Source: Vicugna vicugna
Taxonomy: Eukaryota
NCBI GenBank assembly: GCA_013265495.1
Contig: MU058257.1
Span: 751,418 to 815,417, forward strand
Length of the DNA stretch: 64,000 bases
Direction: 5' to 3'
Part shown: piece by piece, positions 13,121 through 25,751 of the stretch
Layout of the letters: the number at the start of each line of letters is the position of its first letter
Position numbering within the stretch: position 1 is the stretch's first letter
Translations under genes and position numbers: made by a program
Notes under the pieces: model-generated
The model's input: only the letters and a program-made list of their open reading frames with translations
The model's database searches: none
Told to the model about the DNA's origin: nothing

Positions 13121-16100
13121 CTGCAATAAAAATAATATTTCAGTCCACTTTGCCCTGACAACCAGTTGGGTGTTCTAGCTTTACATATAAATGACTGGGT
13201 CTTAAGCATTCCATAACTTTTGAAGGGGAACTCCGAGAGGTCCCTGCCGGTCCCTCAGGTGGCGCCAAGAGCAACAAGTCACCAAGAAACAGTTTTTGAT
13301 CTCAGGAAGCTGGTTCAGGAGGAAAGAGGAGTAAAGCTAGCTGGGACCCCCTCCTCCTCCCTGCCCCCCACCAAGTTCCCTCCCTAGAAAAGGTCTTCGA
13401 GCATTAAAAGCATTAAGTCCCCTCAATGGATGTTAACACGGTCCCCAGGGAGCTTCTGCTAGACTTAATTCTCCCCCCAGAAGTGTAATCGCATTAAGTA
13501 GCAAGTTCTAAGTGAAGGAGGCTAAAAGGATGCTCTTCGACCCCTCATGTTGCTTTTTGATGAGAAGCCTGGTCTGTGTCACTGATCAGTGGGGACTGTC
13601 ACCCAGGACTTCAACTGGCTTAAAGCCCAACCTTTTTTGTTCTTGTTTTATCTGCCCGTAAATCTAAGTGATTTTGAGTTATCTCTGCTCTGGAGATCCA
13701 GCTCATCAGAGAACAAAGTAGATTTGGTGAAGCAGAAACAATTCTGCTCCAGTGCTCCAAGTAAAGTTGCTCCATCTTGGAGACCAGATCAAAGTCACCA
13801 GGCAGAAAGAAAAATAAATCACTCCATGGCATTAATTCTAATCACCCTACATGTTGGAAAAGACTCCACCCCACTGAGGTCTGGGTGTCACATCTGGTAA
13901 GTGACATGCTCACATACTAGCAAAGGGAATCTAACAAGCTTTGAGCCTTCATTTCCCAAAATCCAAACGCTGAAGTGATTAACTGAGAGCCTAATAAACC
14001 AGTCTCTGGGCTGCCTGACTGTTCCGCATGGACCCTCACTGTCACTTTTTATGATGAATTTCATTCTGGAGAGCCTCAGCCTGAAATGCTGCCACATTTA
14101 TTGACGCTTAATTTTGAGCAATAAAAATTCGGTGCAGAAACTATGTAAGTGGTACAGGTATGAAAGCAGGGAAATATATAAGCCTATCAATCACAAATTT
14201 GCAGTAATGGTATATATAGATTTTAATATTGCATCTAATAGATTCCCTGTGGAAAGAGAATGGCCTTCTTCGCTCTCAGCATGAATTTATAAATCTACGG
14301 AATTTTATTACAGGAAAACCAGGTCAAATGGAAATGAAAGATGAAGTGCACATCAAAAATGCATAAAGCTACATGCATTACAGAAATCATTTCCCATAAA
14401 TTAAAAAGAAGACAGTATAAATTATATTGTTTTTCTCAATGGCTAGATGTTTTTGACTTTGTTGCTGAGACTGGAGGTAGCCTTATACTGGTTTCCTTTG
14501 CCTTGGCTTTTGGAAGCTTAGGGTTTGCCAGGAAGAAAGAGTGTAAGTGAAGTTCAGAATCTCAGCTAATGATGGTATGGGACTCTGTTATGTGATTCGG
14601 CCGAGGCTCTTGCATTATTTTAAATGTGCGGAAAACTTGGAAAGTGAGCCCCATCTCATTAAGTCCCTTCCAGCTCCGTGCAAACATCATAGCCGTGTCT
14701 GGCATTTGTTAGAGGAGTGAAATAAAACAGCTCTGCTTGTAGCCACTCGACAGAGTCACTTCAGAAGACATTTAGGTGGACTGGGTACCACACCAGAGCT
14801 CTTTAATCTGTGACTTCTGAGAAAGTGACAGTGTAATAAGATAGTGTGGACTCCTAGACTCTCTGGCTCTGTTAAATCTCTCTAACAGTTGATTAAGAAA
14901 GAGCAGTTTCTAATGATTCTGGACCATTAGTCCTAAATAAGGTTAATGAATTAATTTAGCAGACACTGGTCCTCGGAGGCGGTGGACATGGCTTTAAGAG
15001 GTCTGCTAAGCCACAGAGGCATTAACTGGCTCTGGTCACTGCAGGCACTGTAACATGGCTTTGACCAGTCAAGCCACTGACTAAAGCTGTTTCTCAGCAT
15101 CTCTCAGCTTTCTGCTAAGAAAATTAAGAAATACACATATCTCTTATATACGTACACACACACACATGGAATTCACAACCTAAAGTCTGAAAGCTATTTG
15201 CATTAGGTTTCAAATCCATCCTGTGAACACCTCCACCGATTTAATCTCTGGAGCTGTGGAGGGCAGAGGTTGGGTTACTGTAATTTCTAAAGTCTAACCA
15301 CTTGAGCACTTTCAATTGGAGGCGAATATTATTTCATTCCCTGCCAGATTATAGGAAGATGCCATCAACTCAGGCTCATAAATAAATTGAACTCCACATT
15401 CACAATTGTGTGTGTGTGTGTGTGTGCGCGCACGCGAGCGTGTGTTTTGCTTCCAGGCATATCTTTTAGAACACTGCTTGGTAGCTGTTGGGGAAATCTA
15501 TGGCTTCAATCATGAAACCTCCAAAAAGCATATTAGAGAGATTAACTTCCATCGTAAAGATGTGATTTAAATTCCTCTCTGTATGAACGCCTCCACTCGC
15601 CGTCTCTTATTAAAACAATATACCACCTTAAGCAGCGACGGCCTGTTCTTCTAATTACGCTGACGGAAATCTAAGCCAGACAAAAGTAAATATTTGATAA
15701 TTAGTTAATAATTGCTGAAGACTTACTGTGAAGCTAATGCCATTCCCCGGCCTCCGCCTACTTTACAGCGTTAAGTCAAACGTGCTTACAACCAGATCCC
15801 ATTTTAAACACATTATTTAGGTTACAAGATACTGTTTATAACCCGGCACGGTCTTCCATTTACTTAACAGTCAGTGGTTTTAAAAAGCTAAGTGGAAGCA
15901 GCGACTAGGTTCGGAATTTTCAGATACCCTGGTGCCTTCCACCGTATATATCAGATTCATTTATTGACACTCGGTAACTTTCGTTCACACTCCAGGCGGA
16001 GCAGGGCCGCTTTGCCAAGCGGAGGAGGGAGTTCCATCCGCCAGCAAACCGCTGCCTCCCGCAGGCACCCGCCGGAGGAGGCAGCTCGGGGGAGCTGCGG

Positions 16101-16478
16101 GGGAACCAGGAAGCTCTCCCGGTGAAGCGTTCATTAACTTTCAACAGCCATCAGATTTTTGAAAGGGAGTCTGCTCTAATTGCCTTTGGGAGGAAACAAT
16201 GTTAAGATAATTGGTGTGCTGATCGGGGAAGGTAGGCAGCTCCGCCTGGTAACCGAGGCAGGCAAAGCCCCCAGCAGCCAAAGCACCAACTTCAGGCGGG
16301 AGCCGGAGGACTTGAAATCTCCCTGCCCGGCACCGACCGCTCTCCTTCCCTTCGTTCTTTCTCCGCCTGGATGAAAGTTTCCTTCGCCCGGGAGGCGGCC
16401 CTGCCCGGGGATCCCCGGCAGCCAGGCGCGGGCAGCGGGAGCCGGCTTCACCCCCGCGCGCCCCCGCCTGTCACTTAC
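13121..16478 (-). other. NRP1: NRP1 intron 1
   Basis: GT...AG bounded interval between exons 1 and 2. Confidence 0.95.
15407..15445. repeat. (TG)n/(CG)n microsatellite in NRP1 intron 1
   Basis: tgtgtgtgtgtgtgtgtgtgcgcgcacgcgagcgtgtg; mostly alternating purine-pyrimidine. Confidence 0.85.
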
Positions 16479-19330
16479 CGTTGCGAACAGCGGCGGCCGC
16501 GGCCGCGGCCACGGCCAGGGCGAGCGCGACGCACAGGAGCGGCAGCCCCCTCTCCATCCTCCTTCGCCCGGTCCCGGGCCGACGCGGGAGAAGCGAACGC
16601 GCGGGGCAGACAGCGCCGGGGCGGTCTCCGCAGTCCGGAGCGCGTGCACTCCGCCCAGAGCTGTAAAATCCTCAGCCCGTCTCCGAGAAAGGGAAGCGGC
16701 GAGGCAGTGCCTGGATCCGAGAGAAACGCTCCTCTTTTTGTGTCTCAAGTCGCCTGCATCCTGTCATTTAGCTCCGGTTTCCTCTCTCTTTTCCCACACT
16801 TGTTCCTCTTCCAGGAGCCACTGCCCGGGCCATGTCTCAAAAGGGGGGGGGGTGAGGAGGAGGAGGGAAACACACCAACGCCAATTTCCAGAAAGAAAAA
16901 AAAAAACCCGGCTTGTTTCTGGACCGGTTGGAGCCGAGGAGCTGGCGCCCAGGGGAGGTCCGGGGTGTCTGCGCGAAGGAGAGGGGCGAGCAATGAAAAG
17001 ATGAGCGGGAGACGGAGGAGGTTCACCAACTGCACCCCCGCACTCCCCTCCCGGAGCCCTTCCCTCTCTTCCTCCCGCCCCTCTCCCCGCACAGGCTCGC
17101 CGGCAATTGCCTGACAGGAGACGAGGGGGAACAAGTTTCCCTCCGTGTGCGTGCCGCGGCCGTCTGTCCGCCTCTCCCGCAGGCCCTGCAGGGATCTCCC
17201 CGGGAAGGGAGGCGCCCGGGGCTGCACCCACGGCGGGTGGGCGGGCGAGTGTAGGGAGGGGGCGTCGAGGTCGGTGGCCGCGCCAGGGTCAGGCTAGCCT
17301 CCCTCGGGCCCCCGGGGGAGAGTGGGGCAGCTATCCCGGGATCTCGGGGATCGGCTGCCGGGGCGTGCGGCGCGCCCGGGAGGTGGCAGCCGCTTCTCCC
17401 AATTCTGAGCCCCCGGGAGGCGCCTGCGGCGGCCGGCCCGCGACCTGGGGAGGAGCCGCGGGGCGCCCCGGAATCCTGCGTGCCAGGCCTGGAGGGGCCA
17501 GGGATAGCTCGGCTAGGGTGGGGGACACACCCCGGAGCCGAGCGAGGGTCGGCAGTGTCGCTGCCACGTAGAGCGGAGTCAGAAGACTCCCGCGGGTGAG
17601 GCTGGGCTGCAGCCCCACCCGGCCTCTCTGCCCGGTATCGGGGCGCGCGGCTGGACTCCAAGCGTGCCTGGGTGCCCGCCCCGCGCCACGGGCTCCATTG
17701 TTACCAGAGGTCTGGTGCCCTCTCCTCGGGGCAGAGGGGACGCCTGAGGGTGGGAGGTGATGCGCCTTCCAGCTAGGGGGCAGTCGTCACCCGACCCCGC
17801 CCAGCCTCCTGACTCGGAGCCCAGGTGCTTGGGGTTTGGAGATTAGGGGTCCAGCGGCCCAGGTTCCCGCGCATCCCGGGGGAGGGAGAACGGGGGCGGG
17901 GGGCGAGGTGCTGCTCTTGGCAGGGCTCTCGGGGGCCCGCTCCGGCCACAGGCCATTGTCAAGCCGGCCCTCCAGCTCCTGCTCACCCCCGCCTCCCACG
18001 GCGGCGCGTCCTCACTGTGGGCTGGATGCCCCCCAGCTCCAACCCCGAGGGCTTTCCGGGAACGGCTGCAGAAGGCCTCCGCGGGTTTGAATAGCAAGGA
18101 CATTTCAGGGAACAAACAGGTTTTGGCCGCCGCTCAGGCCCTTGAGAGGGTAAGTGCCCGCGCACCCGCCTCGGAAGGAGTTCGTGGGGAAGGTGAAAAG
18201 GTCAGACGCCTCCTGGGACCGGCGTTTATGTGCACACCCGAAAGCAGGGCCCTATTCCTACCTGGCGCAAAGAGCTGGCAAAAGAGATTTAGGAATGTTG
18301 GCGAGGAGACTCTGGTCAAGGGTTTTGGCGGAGGGACGAGGGGCGGGGCGGGAGAGAGACGGCCCCGGGCGCGCGGGCCCCAAGCGAGGGCTCCGTGCTC
18401 GCGGGTCGCGGCCGGGCGCGGTGACGAGCGCCCCTGGGGGTGCAGGCGGGCCGGTGCCGCACGGAGCTGCACCCCATGGCTCGCCCGCCCGCGCCCAGGC
18501 GTCCCAGGCCCCCGAGCTGGAGACCCGCCACCCCCCGGGGGGGGGGCCGCTGGCCGCCCCCCAGCCCTGTTCCCGAGCGCCTCTTCGCGCTCGCGGATTT
18601 CCTCCTCCTCGGCTCTCCGACCCTGGACGCGGGGCAGGAAGGTGGCACTCGGAGGCTCGGGGTCGGACGCCTGCGGGGAGCGGAAGGGGCGGTGGCGCGG
18701 CGAGACCGGGCGCCATGCGCGCCCCGCGCGGACCCCGGGGAGCCAGCGCCGCGGAGGGAAGCCCAGGCCCTTGGCTCCCACGGGCGCGCGACGCCTCCTC
18801 CAGCCTTCCCCTCCGTCCCCGGCGCGCCCCCGCCAGTCCCGGCCCCCGGCTGCGCGGGGAGGGCGAGCGGCAGCGTCAGACTTGGGGTGACCCCGGGCGA
18901 CCTCAGCCCAAGGTTCGGGGGGAGAAGCGCCTTTCCGAACCTGGCAGGTTGACAGAGGCGGCGAAGCGGGAGGCACAGCGCGGGGCGGCCTGGAGTCGCG
19001 GATGCCCGCCTCCTCCCTGGTGGGAACCGCGCGGCCGCGCTCGCTCCGGGGACCGGCTTTGACCCTTCTGTGCCTTCGCGGGGTGAGCGAGGGGGCACAC
19101 GCCGAGACTTGAGCCGTGTTGTTTTTAGAAAACTGCCGCCAGTCTCTCTTCCCCTTTCCCTGCTGAGTGTGCACTTCCCAGCCTGGACCCAGCAGGCCAA
19201 CAAATAAAGCTGCCACTCCGAGAGGGGCTGCCCCGCCCCCGAGCCTTGACCCCCCCCCCAGCTCCCTCCCGCCTTTCCTCTCCTTGGGGACCTGCTCCTC
19301 CCAAGGGTCGAGGCGCACGAAACGCTTGTC
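15990..19330. promoter_or_regulatory. NRP1: CpG island: NRP1 promoter and 5' UTR
   Basis: Very GC- and CpG-dense, with GGGCGG boxes. Overlaps exon 1. Boundaries approximate; TSS not determinable from sequence. Confidence 0.9.
16479..16557 (-). CDS. NRP1: Neuropilin-1 coding exon 1 (signal peptide, MERGLPLLCVALALAVAAAAAAAVRN + phase-1 G)
   Basis: Minus-strand translation matches the NRP1 N-terminus (human MERGLPLLCAVLALVLAPAGAFRN). ATG context AGG ATG G. Canonical donor CG|GTAAGT (GT at 16478-16477). Lies in the CpG island. Confidence 0.97.
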
Positions 19331-20677
19331 TCCTTTCTCGCTCAGCTGCTGAGCACGACTGCCCGTCTTTCTCCAGTCAACTAACACGACAAGCAGTGTG
19401 TGCTCTGGGGAAAATACCATATTTAAGTTATGCCTCTGATTTTTCTGGTCTCAGCTGATTGGAGGCTTCTGTTGACTCCGGAGTTTCCACACACAGACTG
19501 GAACCGCACTGATTGATAATTGCGGACTGGTGGTTTGGTACAGAGCAAATTGTCCTTGCTAACCACCACCCTCCTCTGCTGTTGAATGCCACTAAGTGCT
19601 GAAAAGGGTCAGTTTTAGATTTCCGCAATTCCTCTCCAAGGGAGACAGGAAGACCCTTATAGGAGGGTAAGTGACAGAGGAAGAATTGCGCAGGATCCCT
19701 AGGTTGATAGTATTTTGGTCTTGTGAACACATCACTCTCCCCGACATCACAAATCCCGAGACGAGGTAGGACCACATCCCCATGGAAGGGAAGATTCGTG
19801 GACCACACTCCCGGAATGCCAGGCAGAGGCCCTGGACGGGCGATGCCCCACCGAGGACTCCCATGAAGGGCTTGGGGTAGTGGTAACGCTCTCCACTCCG
19901 CCTCCGGAGCCCTGCTGGGACCGAGGCCTGCCTTTAGCAATAGACTGGGTGGTAAACGTTTGGTTTCTTCCATCAAGCTCTCATCAATTTGTCAGAAATA
20001 AGGTGAGATCCATTGCTCTCAGAAGGCCATCTGAGCCACTGACTTCCTCCAAGGATTTCAGGTTGATGTGTATGGAGATTCAGGCTGGAATTTCAGAACT
20101 GTATTAAGTCTAGTCAGGTTTTTTAAAGCATCAAATCCATGTATTTCAGAAAAGCAACACCACAGCACAGTTTCAGTAGGAGCTAGCCCAAACACGGAAT
20201 GGAAGAATGGCAACAGAAAAGCTTAAGAACTGGATTTTAAATTAATCTCCTTTCACTTAAAAAATTTCTGTTATAAAGGGTACTCTGTCAAGTGACTATC
20301 ATTCAAGAGGTGTCTTTTGGACCTCACATAAAGCTGTCTACCTCATTTGGAAAGGAAAGAAGAAAAGAAACCAATGAACTTTTACTTTCTGACCCTTCAT
20401 TTTGGGCCTTTAAAAAATTACCTTGAAAATTCTTCAAATATTGGAGAAAAAATTACCATCAAAGTTTCAAAACAAAGTTACAGTGTCAAGTTTCTGTAAC
20501 GCAGTATATGGAACAAGACACAGGAAGACAGTGCTAAATTTTGAATCATGTCAGTAGAGTCAAAACATCTGTTGGTGTTAGTCACCAGAGCTAGCATTTG
20601 AAAACTACAGTTTGTCTGAAAGAATAATTTTAGATTATCCTGCCTTCATTGAACTACTTTTTAAAAAAATTGTTCTT

Positions 20678-21625
20678 ATTTTTTTATTGAAGTATGTCAT
20701 TTTACAATGTTGTGTCAATTTCTGGTGTACAGCATAAGGTTTCTGTCATACATGTACATACGTATATTCACTTTCACATTCTTTTTCATTATAGGTTGCT
20801 ACAAGATATTGAATATGGTTCCCTGTGCTGTACAGTGGAAACTTGTTTATCTATTTTATATATAGTAGTCAGTATCTGCAAACCTCAAACTCCCAGTTTG
20901 TCCCTTCCCACCCCTTTCCCCCCGGTAACCATAAGTTTGTTTTCTACGTCTGAGAGTCTGTTTCCGTTTTGTAAATAAGTTCATTTGTGTCTTTTTTTCA
21001 GATTCCTCATATAAGTGATATCATATGGTATTTTCTTTCTTTTTCTGGCTTACCCCATATTTATTTTTTAAAACAACAACATATCAGCATCCTATGTGCT
21101 GTTGTCCATAAGTTAAACCTCCAAACAGAATGTTTTGAGTGCACTCTGACTCACGAATTAATTGCCAGTTTAATTTAATGTTTTTAACTGAAGTACAGTT
21201 GATTTACAATGTTGTGTTAGTTTCTGGGGTACAGCATAGTGATTCTTTTATACATTAATATGTATATTCCTTTTCATATTCTTTTTCATTAAAGGCATTG
21301 AATATAGTTTTCTGTGCTGTACGGTAGGACCTTGTTGTTCATCTATTTTATATGCAGTAGTTAGTATCTGCAAGTTTTGAACTCCCAATTTATCCCTTCC
21401 CACCCCCTTCCCCCGGTAACCGTAAGTTTGTTTCCTATGTCTGTGAGTCTGTTTCCGTTTTGTAAACAAGTTCATTTGTATCTTTTTTTTTTAGATCCCA
21501 CATATAAGTGATATCATACGGTATTTTTATTTCTCTTTCTGGCTGACTTAGAATGACATTCTCCAGGTCCATCCATGTTGCAGCAAATAGAATTACTTTA
21601 TTCTTTTTTATGGCTGAGTAGTTCA
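20678..21625 (-). mobile_element. Two adjacent L1 3'-end fragments (about 20678-21055 and 21180-21625)
   Basis: L1 3' UTR sequence occurs twice. ORF2 C-terminal remnant YSAIKKNKVILFAATWMDLENVILS in ORF 21435-21626. Confidence 0.9.
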
Positions 21626-21905
21626 TTGAATTACTTTTTAATTATAAAAATTAAAATAATAATAACCAAGAGAAACACTCATCAAACCAATAAAAACATC
21701 ATTAGAGAGCACATACTCAGCATTTCAAAAGGACTATTTTTAAGCGGGACAATCTTAAAAATCTGATTTGAGCGATCAAGTAAGGAAAGCTTAGCTCTGA
21801 AAATTTAATCATAGAGAACTGAAATTCTGAAGAATTTTTAAAAATCAGTAAAAAAAATAATTTAAAAGCTATCAGCCAAAGACCACACAAAAACACCACA
21901 GTTAA

Positions 21906-22050
21906 GGGCTGTTGTTATAGTGCAGTGGTAGGGTACTTGCCTTACATGCACAGGGTCTTGGGTTCAATCCCCAGGACCTCCACTAAAGAAAACAAATAAA
22001 CCTAAGTACCTGCCCCTCAAAACAAACCAAAACCAAAAAAAAAATTTTTA
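21906..22050 (+). mobile_element. tRNA-derived SINE (camelid type)
   Basis: CAGTGGTAG...GGTTCAATCCCCAGGACCTCCA followed by an A-rich tail. Confidence 0.8.
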
Positions 22051-22179
22051 AAAGCCCCGCAAATAAATTGGAGGGAGATTAGAGGGTGTCCATTCTAAAA
22101 CCTGACCAAGTATTAGAAAAGAAAAGAAACACGATGGTTTCTCAGAATTGTCGAATTTATCCTGACAGAACTTTTACTT

Positions 22180-23330
22180 TGTATTCTTGTTAGATGCCTG
22201 TGGCTGTACCAGGAGAGTGGATCAGGAGCAGAGCAAGGGGCGGAGTGGAGAGACCATGGAGGAAGTAACGTGGGTGAAATCTAAAGACGACCACGAACAA
22301 GGGTCATGCGGTGGAGACTGAAAAGGACGCATTCTTGGTGGGTTTAGAAGGTTTGACCAACAGGACAGATGTTGAGCTGGGTATTCCAGGGAAGGAGAGG
22401 GTGTTGTCAAGGATGACTCCTAAGAGTCTAGCTTCCAGGGGGAGGGCATAGCGGAGTGGTAGAGCACATGCCTAACACGCAGGGGGTCCTGGGCTCAATC
22501 CCCAGGACCTCCATTAAATAAATAATTAAATAAATAAACCTAATCACCCCTCCCCCCAAAAATAAATAAATAAAAAATATAAAATTTAAAAAAAAAAGAC
22601 TCTAGCTTCTGTAACTGGAGAGCCTTGGCATAGACACAGAACACGAGACTAGTGTGAAAGGAAGATCATGAGCTTGATTTGGTCTGGGTTCAGTGCTTAG
22701 TCTCAGAAAATCAGATGGGTCAGGGATGTGGGGGAGTCATTTGGGTTGGACATAGATCTTTGTGAGTCACTGTCATGGAGATGAATGATGGAAGTGAGAC
22801 GAACAGATGGAAGCAACTGCTGAGGGAGTTGGGAAAGGAGGCCCAAACAGAACACCACAGAGCACTGAAAGGCTGGAATGTCAGGGTGAGCCAACAAACG
22901 ATTTGGGGAATGAGCAGCTGGAGAGGCAGGAGGAGAATCAGTAGAACGTCGTGTCCTAAAAGTCAAGGAGAAGGGGGTTCCTCAACAGAGTTGGGGGGAC
23001 TAGGAGAAGGGGGTTCCTCGATGCAGCTGAATTCTGTTGAGAGTTCTAGTCGGTTGAGGACTGAAAGACGGTTGGCTGTTGTTGTTGAGGGCTGACTTCA
23101 ACAAGAGTCAGATTGGAGGAGTGAGGGGTAGACAGGACTAGAGGCCACCGGAGGTGGCTAGGGAGTGAGAGGAAGGTCAGGAAATAGTGACAGTGAGTAG
23201 AGGTAATTCTTTCCCGAAGTTTCTGCTGAAGGGAAAGAGACAGACAGACAGTTCTGGAAGGAAACAGAGTGGAGGGAGGTTAAGTTTTCCCTTATTCGTT
23301 TGCTTTTAAGATGGGGTAGTCTTGAACATG
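22180..23330 (-). mobile_element. L2 remnant interrupted by a SINE
   Basis: Purine-rich L2-like phrases (GTCAAGGATGACTCC, GTCACTGTCATGGAGATG). Boundaries approximate. Confidence 0.55.
22438..22597 (+). mobile_element. tRNA-derived SINE (camelid type) inserted into an L2 remnant
   Basis: GGGGAGGGCATAGC...CAATCCCCAGGACCTCCA, A-rich tail, TSD AAGA(G/C)TCTAGCTTC. Confidence 0.88.
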
Positions 23331-24309
23331 TTTCCACCCCCCCCCCAATTTTTTAACTGAAAAAACAAAGACTCACCATCTTACACCAAAATCAAGATCA
23401 GCGTTGCACACGTGTTTTGCAGCTGTTTATGTGATTTTGGGGGCTTGCTTTAAATTGTTATGTAACTTCCTGCCTTGATAGTTCAGACAAACGTATTGAG
23501 TAGACTATTTGTCAGTAGGCATCTTTCTTCAATTTATTATGTTAAACCATGAGACTGTTAAAATGTTTTGCCTCCTCTGTAGAAGGTGATCCATTAATCC
23601 ATGTTGATTTTCAGCTACAAAATTCAGCACCTAGATGGACTTGCCCTAATGCCACACAAAGCTTGAATGAGGTGAGGAAATCATGCAGAACAAGGCAGGT
23701 CCTCCTGGAAGTTTCATATTTTAAAAGTTTTCATCTTATCAGTGCAGCAGGTTACCTTTTGCAGACACATTTTCTTCCTGCTCGAATGCTGTAAACACCC
23801 CAGCAGGGACACTAAATAGTAGTGTTGGCAGGAAGGAAAAATATTTGTTAAGAGACACTCCTGTACTTTCTCTTCTTCTTCTTTTTATTTAGTGTAAGCT
23901 TTAGTTGTAGAAACTGGCAATAATAGAACTGTCAAAGTTTAGACAGCAAAATTGTATGGTGATGGGGATACGAAAATATATGTATAGGTTTTACTTTCGA
24001 AATGTCGGGCAATGAAAGCAAGTGCACTTCAGACTTTTCTAATTATTATTTGCATTCACGGAGTTCAGAGCAGACCTGGGGATGACCAGCCTCTGAAGGC
24101 ACTTCCTTTCTCTCCCAGGCCACGGGTCAAAGAGCCAGGAGACGTTGTGGGTTCAAATTTAGCAAGCTTCTGCAGCAATTCTGTGATGGAATGAAATCCG
24201 GGAAATGGATGTTTTGAATTTAGGTTCATATCCTATGGAAGTTGGAAGTAAAGTTTTGTCAGAAAATAAAATTAACTTACACAATTGGTTTGTTCTTTTG
24301 AAAAGTCAC

Positions 24310-24490
24310 AGTATAAACAAGGTCCTATTGTAGAGCACAGGGAACTATATTCAATATCTTGTGATAACCTGTAATGAAAATGAGTATGAAAAAGAATATG
24401 CATATACATATGACTGAATCACCATTCTGTACACCAGAAACTAACGCAACATTGTAAATCAACTATGCTTCAATTAAAAAAGAAAGAAAA
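24310..24490 (+). mobile_element. L1 3'-end fragment
   Basis: AACAAGGTCCTATTGTAGAGCACAGGGAACTATATTCAATATCTTG ... poly-A. Confidence 0.85.
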
Positions 24491-25272
24491 TTGACAGTAA
24501 TAGTCCAATCGCTTGTGTTTTATGAGGTCAAATGGTTTCTTAAATTCATACTGTGCTGTTGTCTCTAGTCTGGTATACAAGGCACATTTCTCCACTGGAA
24601 TTTTTTTTAAAAACCCTTTCTAATTTTACAGACTGGGGGATTATATTGAGGCATAGACTGTATGTTGTCAAACACACTCAGATTTCACTTGGAGTCTCAG
24701 ATTGACTGAGACATACTCAAATTTAATGTTGTTGCCAAAGCAAACGCCCATCTTGGTGATTTTTAAGGTTCTGTTGACCTCAGTTTGAAAATGTCTGCCT
24801 TGGGTTTTTAAGTAGTTCTCTCTCTTTGACCAACTCTACTGTTGTGAAGTTGTTGTTCATCTTGATCATGTCAAGTGAACATCTTTTCTCAGGTAGCTGT
24901 AAGGTAGGGACTTTCCTGTCAGATGAAACAGGAAGGATCTTGTCAATTCAGGACACAGGCGTGTGTGGTAATCAGGGTTGTCCGCTGCCTATCAAGACAC
25001 AAATCTGGATTCGTGATACACAAAGGTAATTTAATGGTCCTAACTGGGAAGTCAAGGAATAGACCTGGCTTTGGGCAGGGCTGGAGCCAGTGTACAGGAC
25101 ATCTTCTGTGTTTCATCTGAGCTGCTTTCCTTCCCTAGCAAGGAAGAGACTCTGGGCAGAGGCACCAGGTGGTCACGGCTGCTCTGCGCTGAGGGCAGGG
25201 CACCCGCCCTCCCCCAGGGGATGTCACTGTCTTTAGTAAAATTCTGATTGGCTCCAGTTGGATTAGGTGCCC

Positions 25273-25751
25273 TGTTGTAGAAAAATGTATTACAGCTCGG
25301 TGTTACAGCTCAGTTGTGACAGCAACCTGGATCCAGGCGAGAGACCAAGCCCCACTCGGAGGATTGGAGAACTCAGGTTTACTACAGCAGCAGGCCCAGA
25401 AGAGTTAACACTCCAAGCTCTGGACCCCGTCTGTAGGTGTACACAGGCCTTTTATAGGCTGCCATTTACACTTTGCAACATCATATGCAAGTAAGATATA
25501 ACAGAAGTTGACTAATTAGGAACAAGCTTTGTAGAAATGAATCAATCAGGAGGGAGAGAAATAACCCATCAGGAGCGAGCTCAGGGAACCAATAGAATCT
25601 TAGGGGTCAGTTCTAACGGGGTAAATTCCACTTTCCTAGAAGTAAGCTGTTTCAGAGGAAGTGAGATAGAGCCTCTGGGCCAGGGAACCAGATGGTGCTG
25701 GCAGGAGAGTAGTGGCCCTGCTGGTCGTTTTTTATGAGGCTTCCCACCTCA
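25273..25751 (-). mobile_element. Solo LTR of the same family as the provirus LTRs
   Basis: Aligns with both proviral LTRs. TG...CA ends. 4-bp target-site duplication GCCC (25269-25272 and 25752-25755). Confidence 0.95.

Noticed and set aside
16600..16620. GACAGCGCC resembling a REST/NRSE site in the NRP1 5' UTR
   Set aside because: Only the right half-site matches; no left half at canonical spacing.
16176..19420. Many long overlapping ORFs (up to 428 aa) on both strands
   Set aside because: Low-complexity Arg/Pro/Gly/Ala translations, expected from stop-codon scarcity in a CpG island. No domain motifs. The only supported coding part is NRP1 exon 1.
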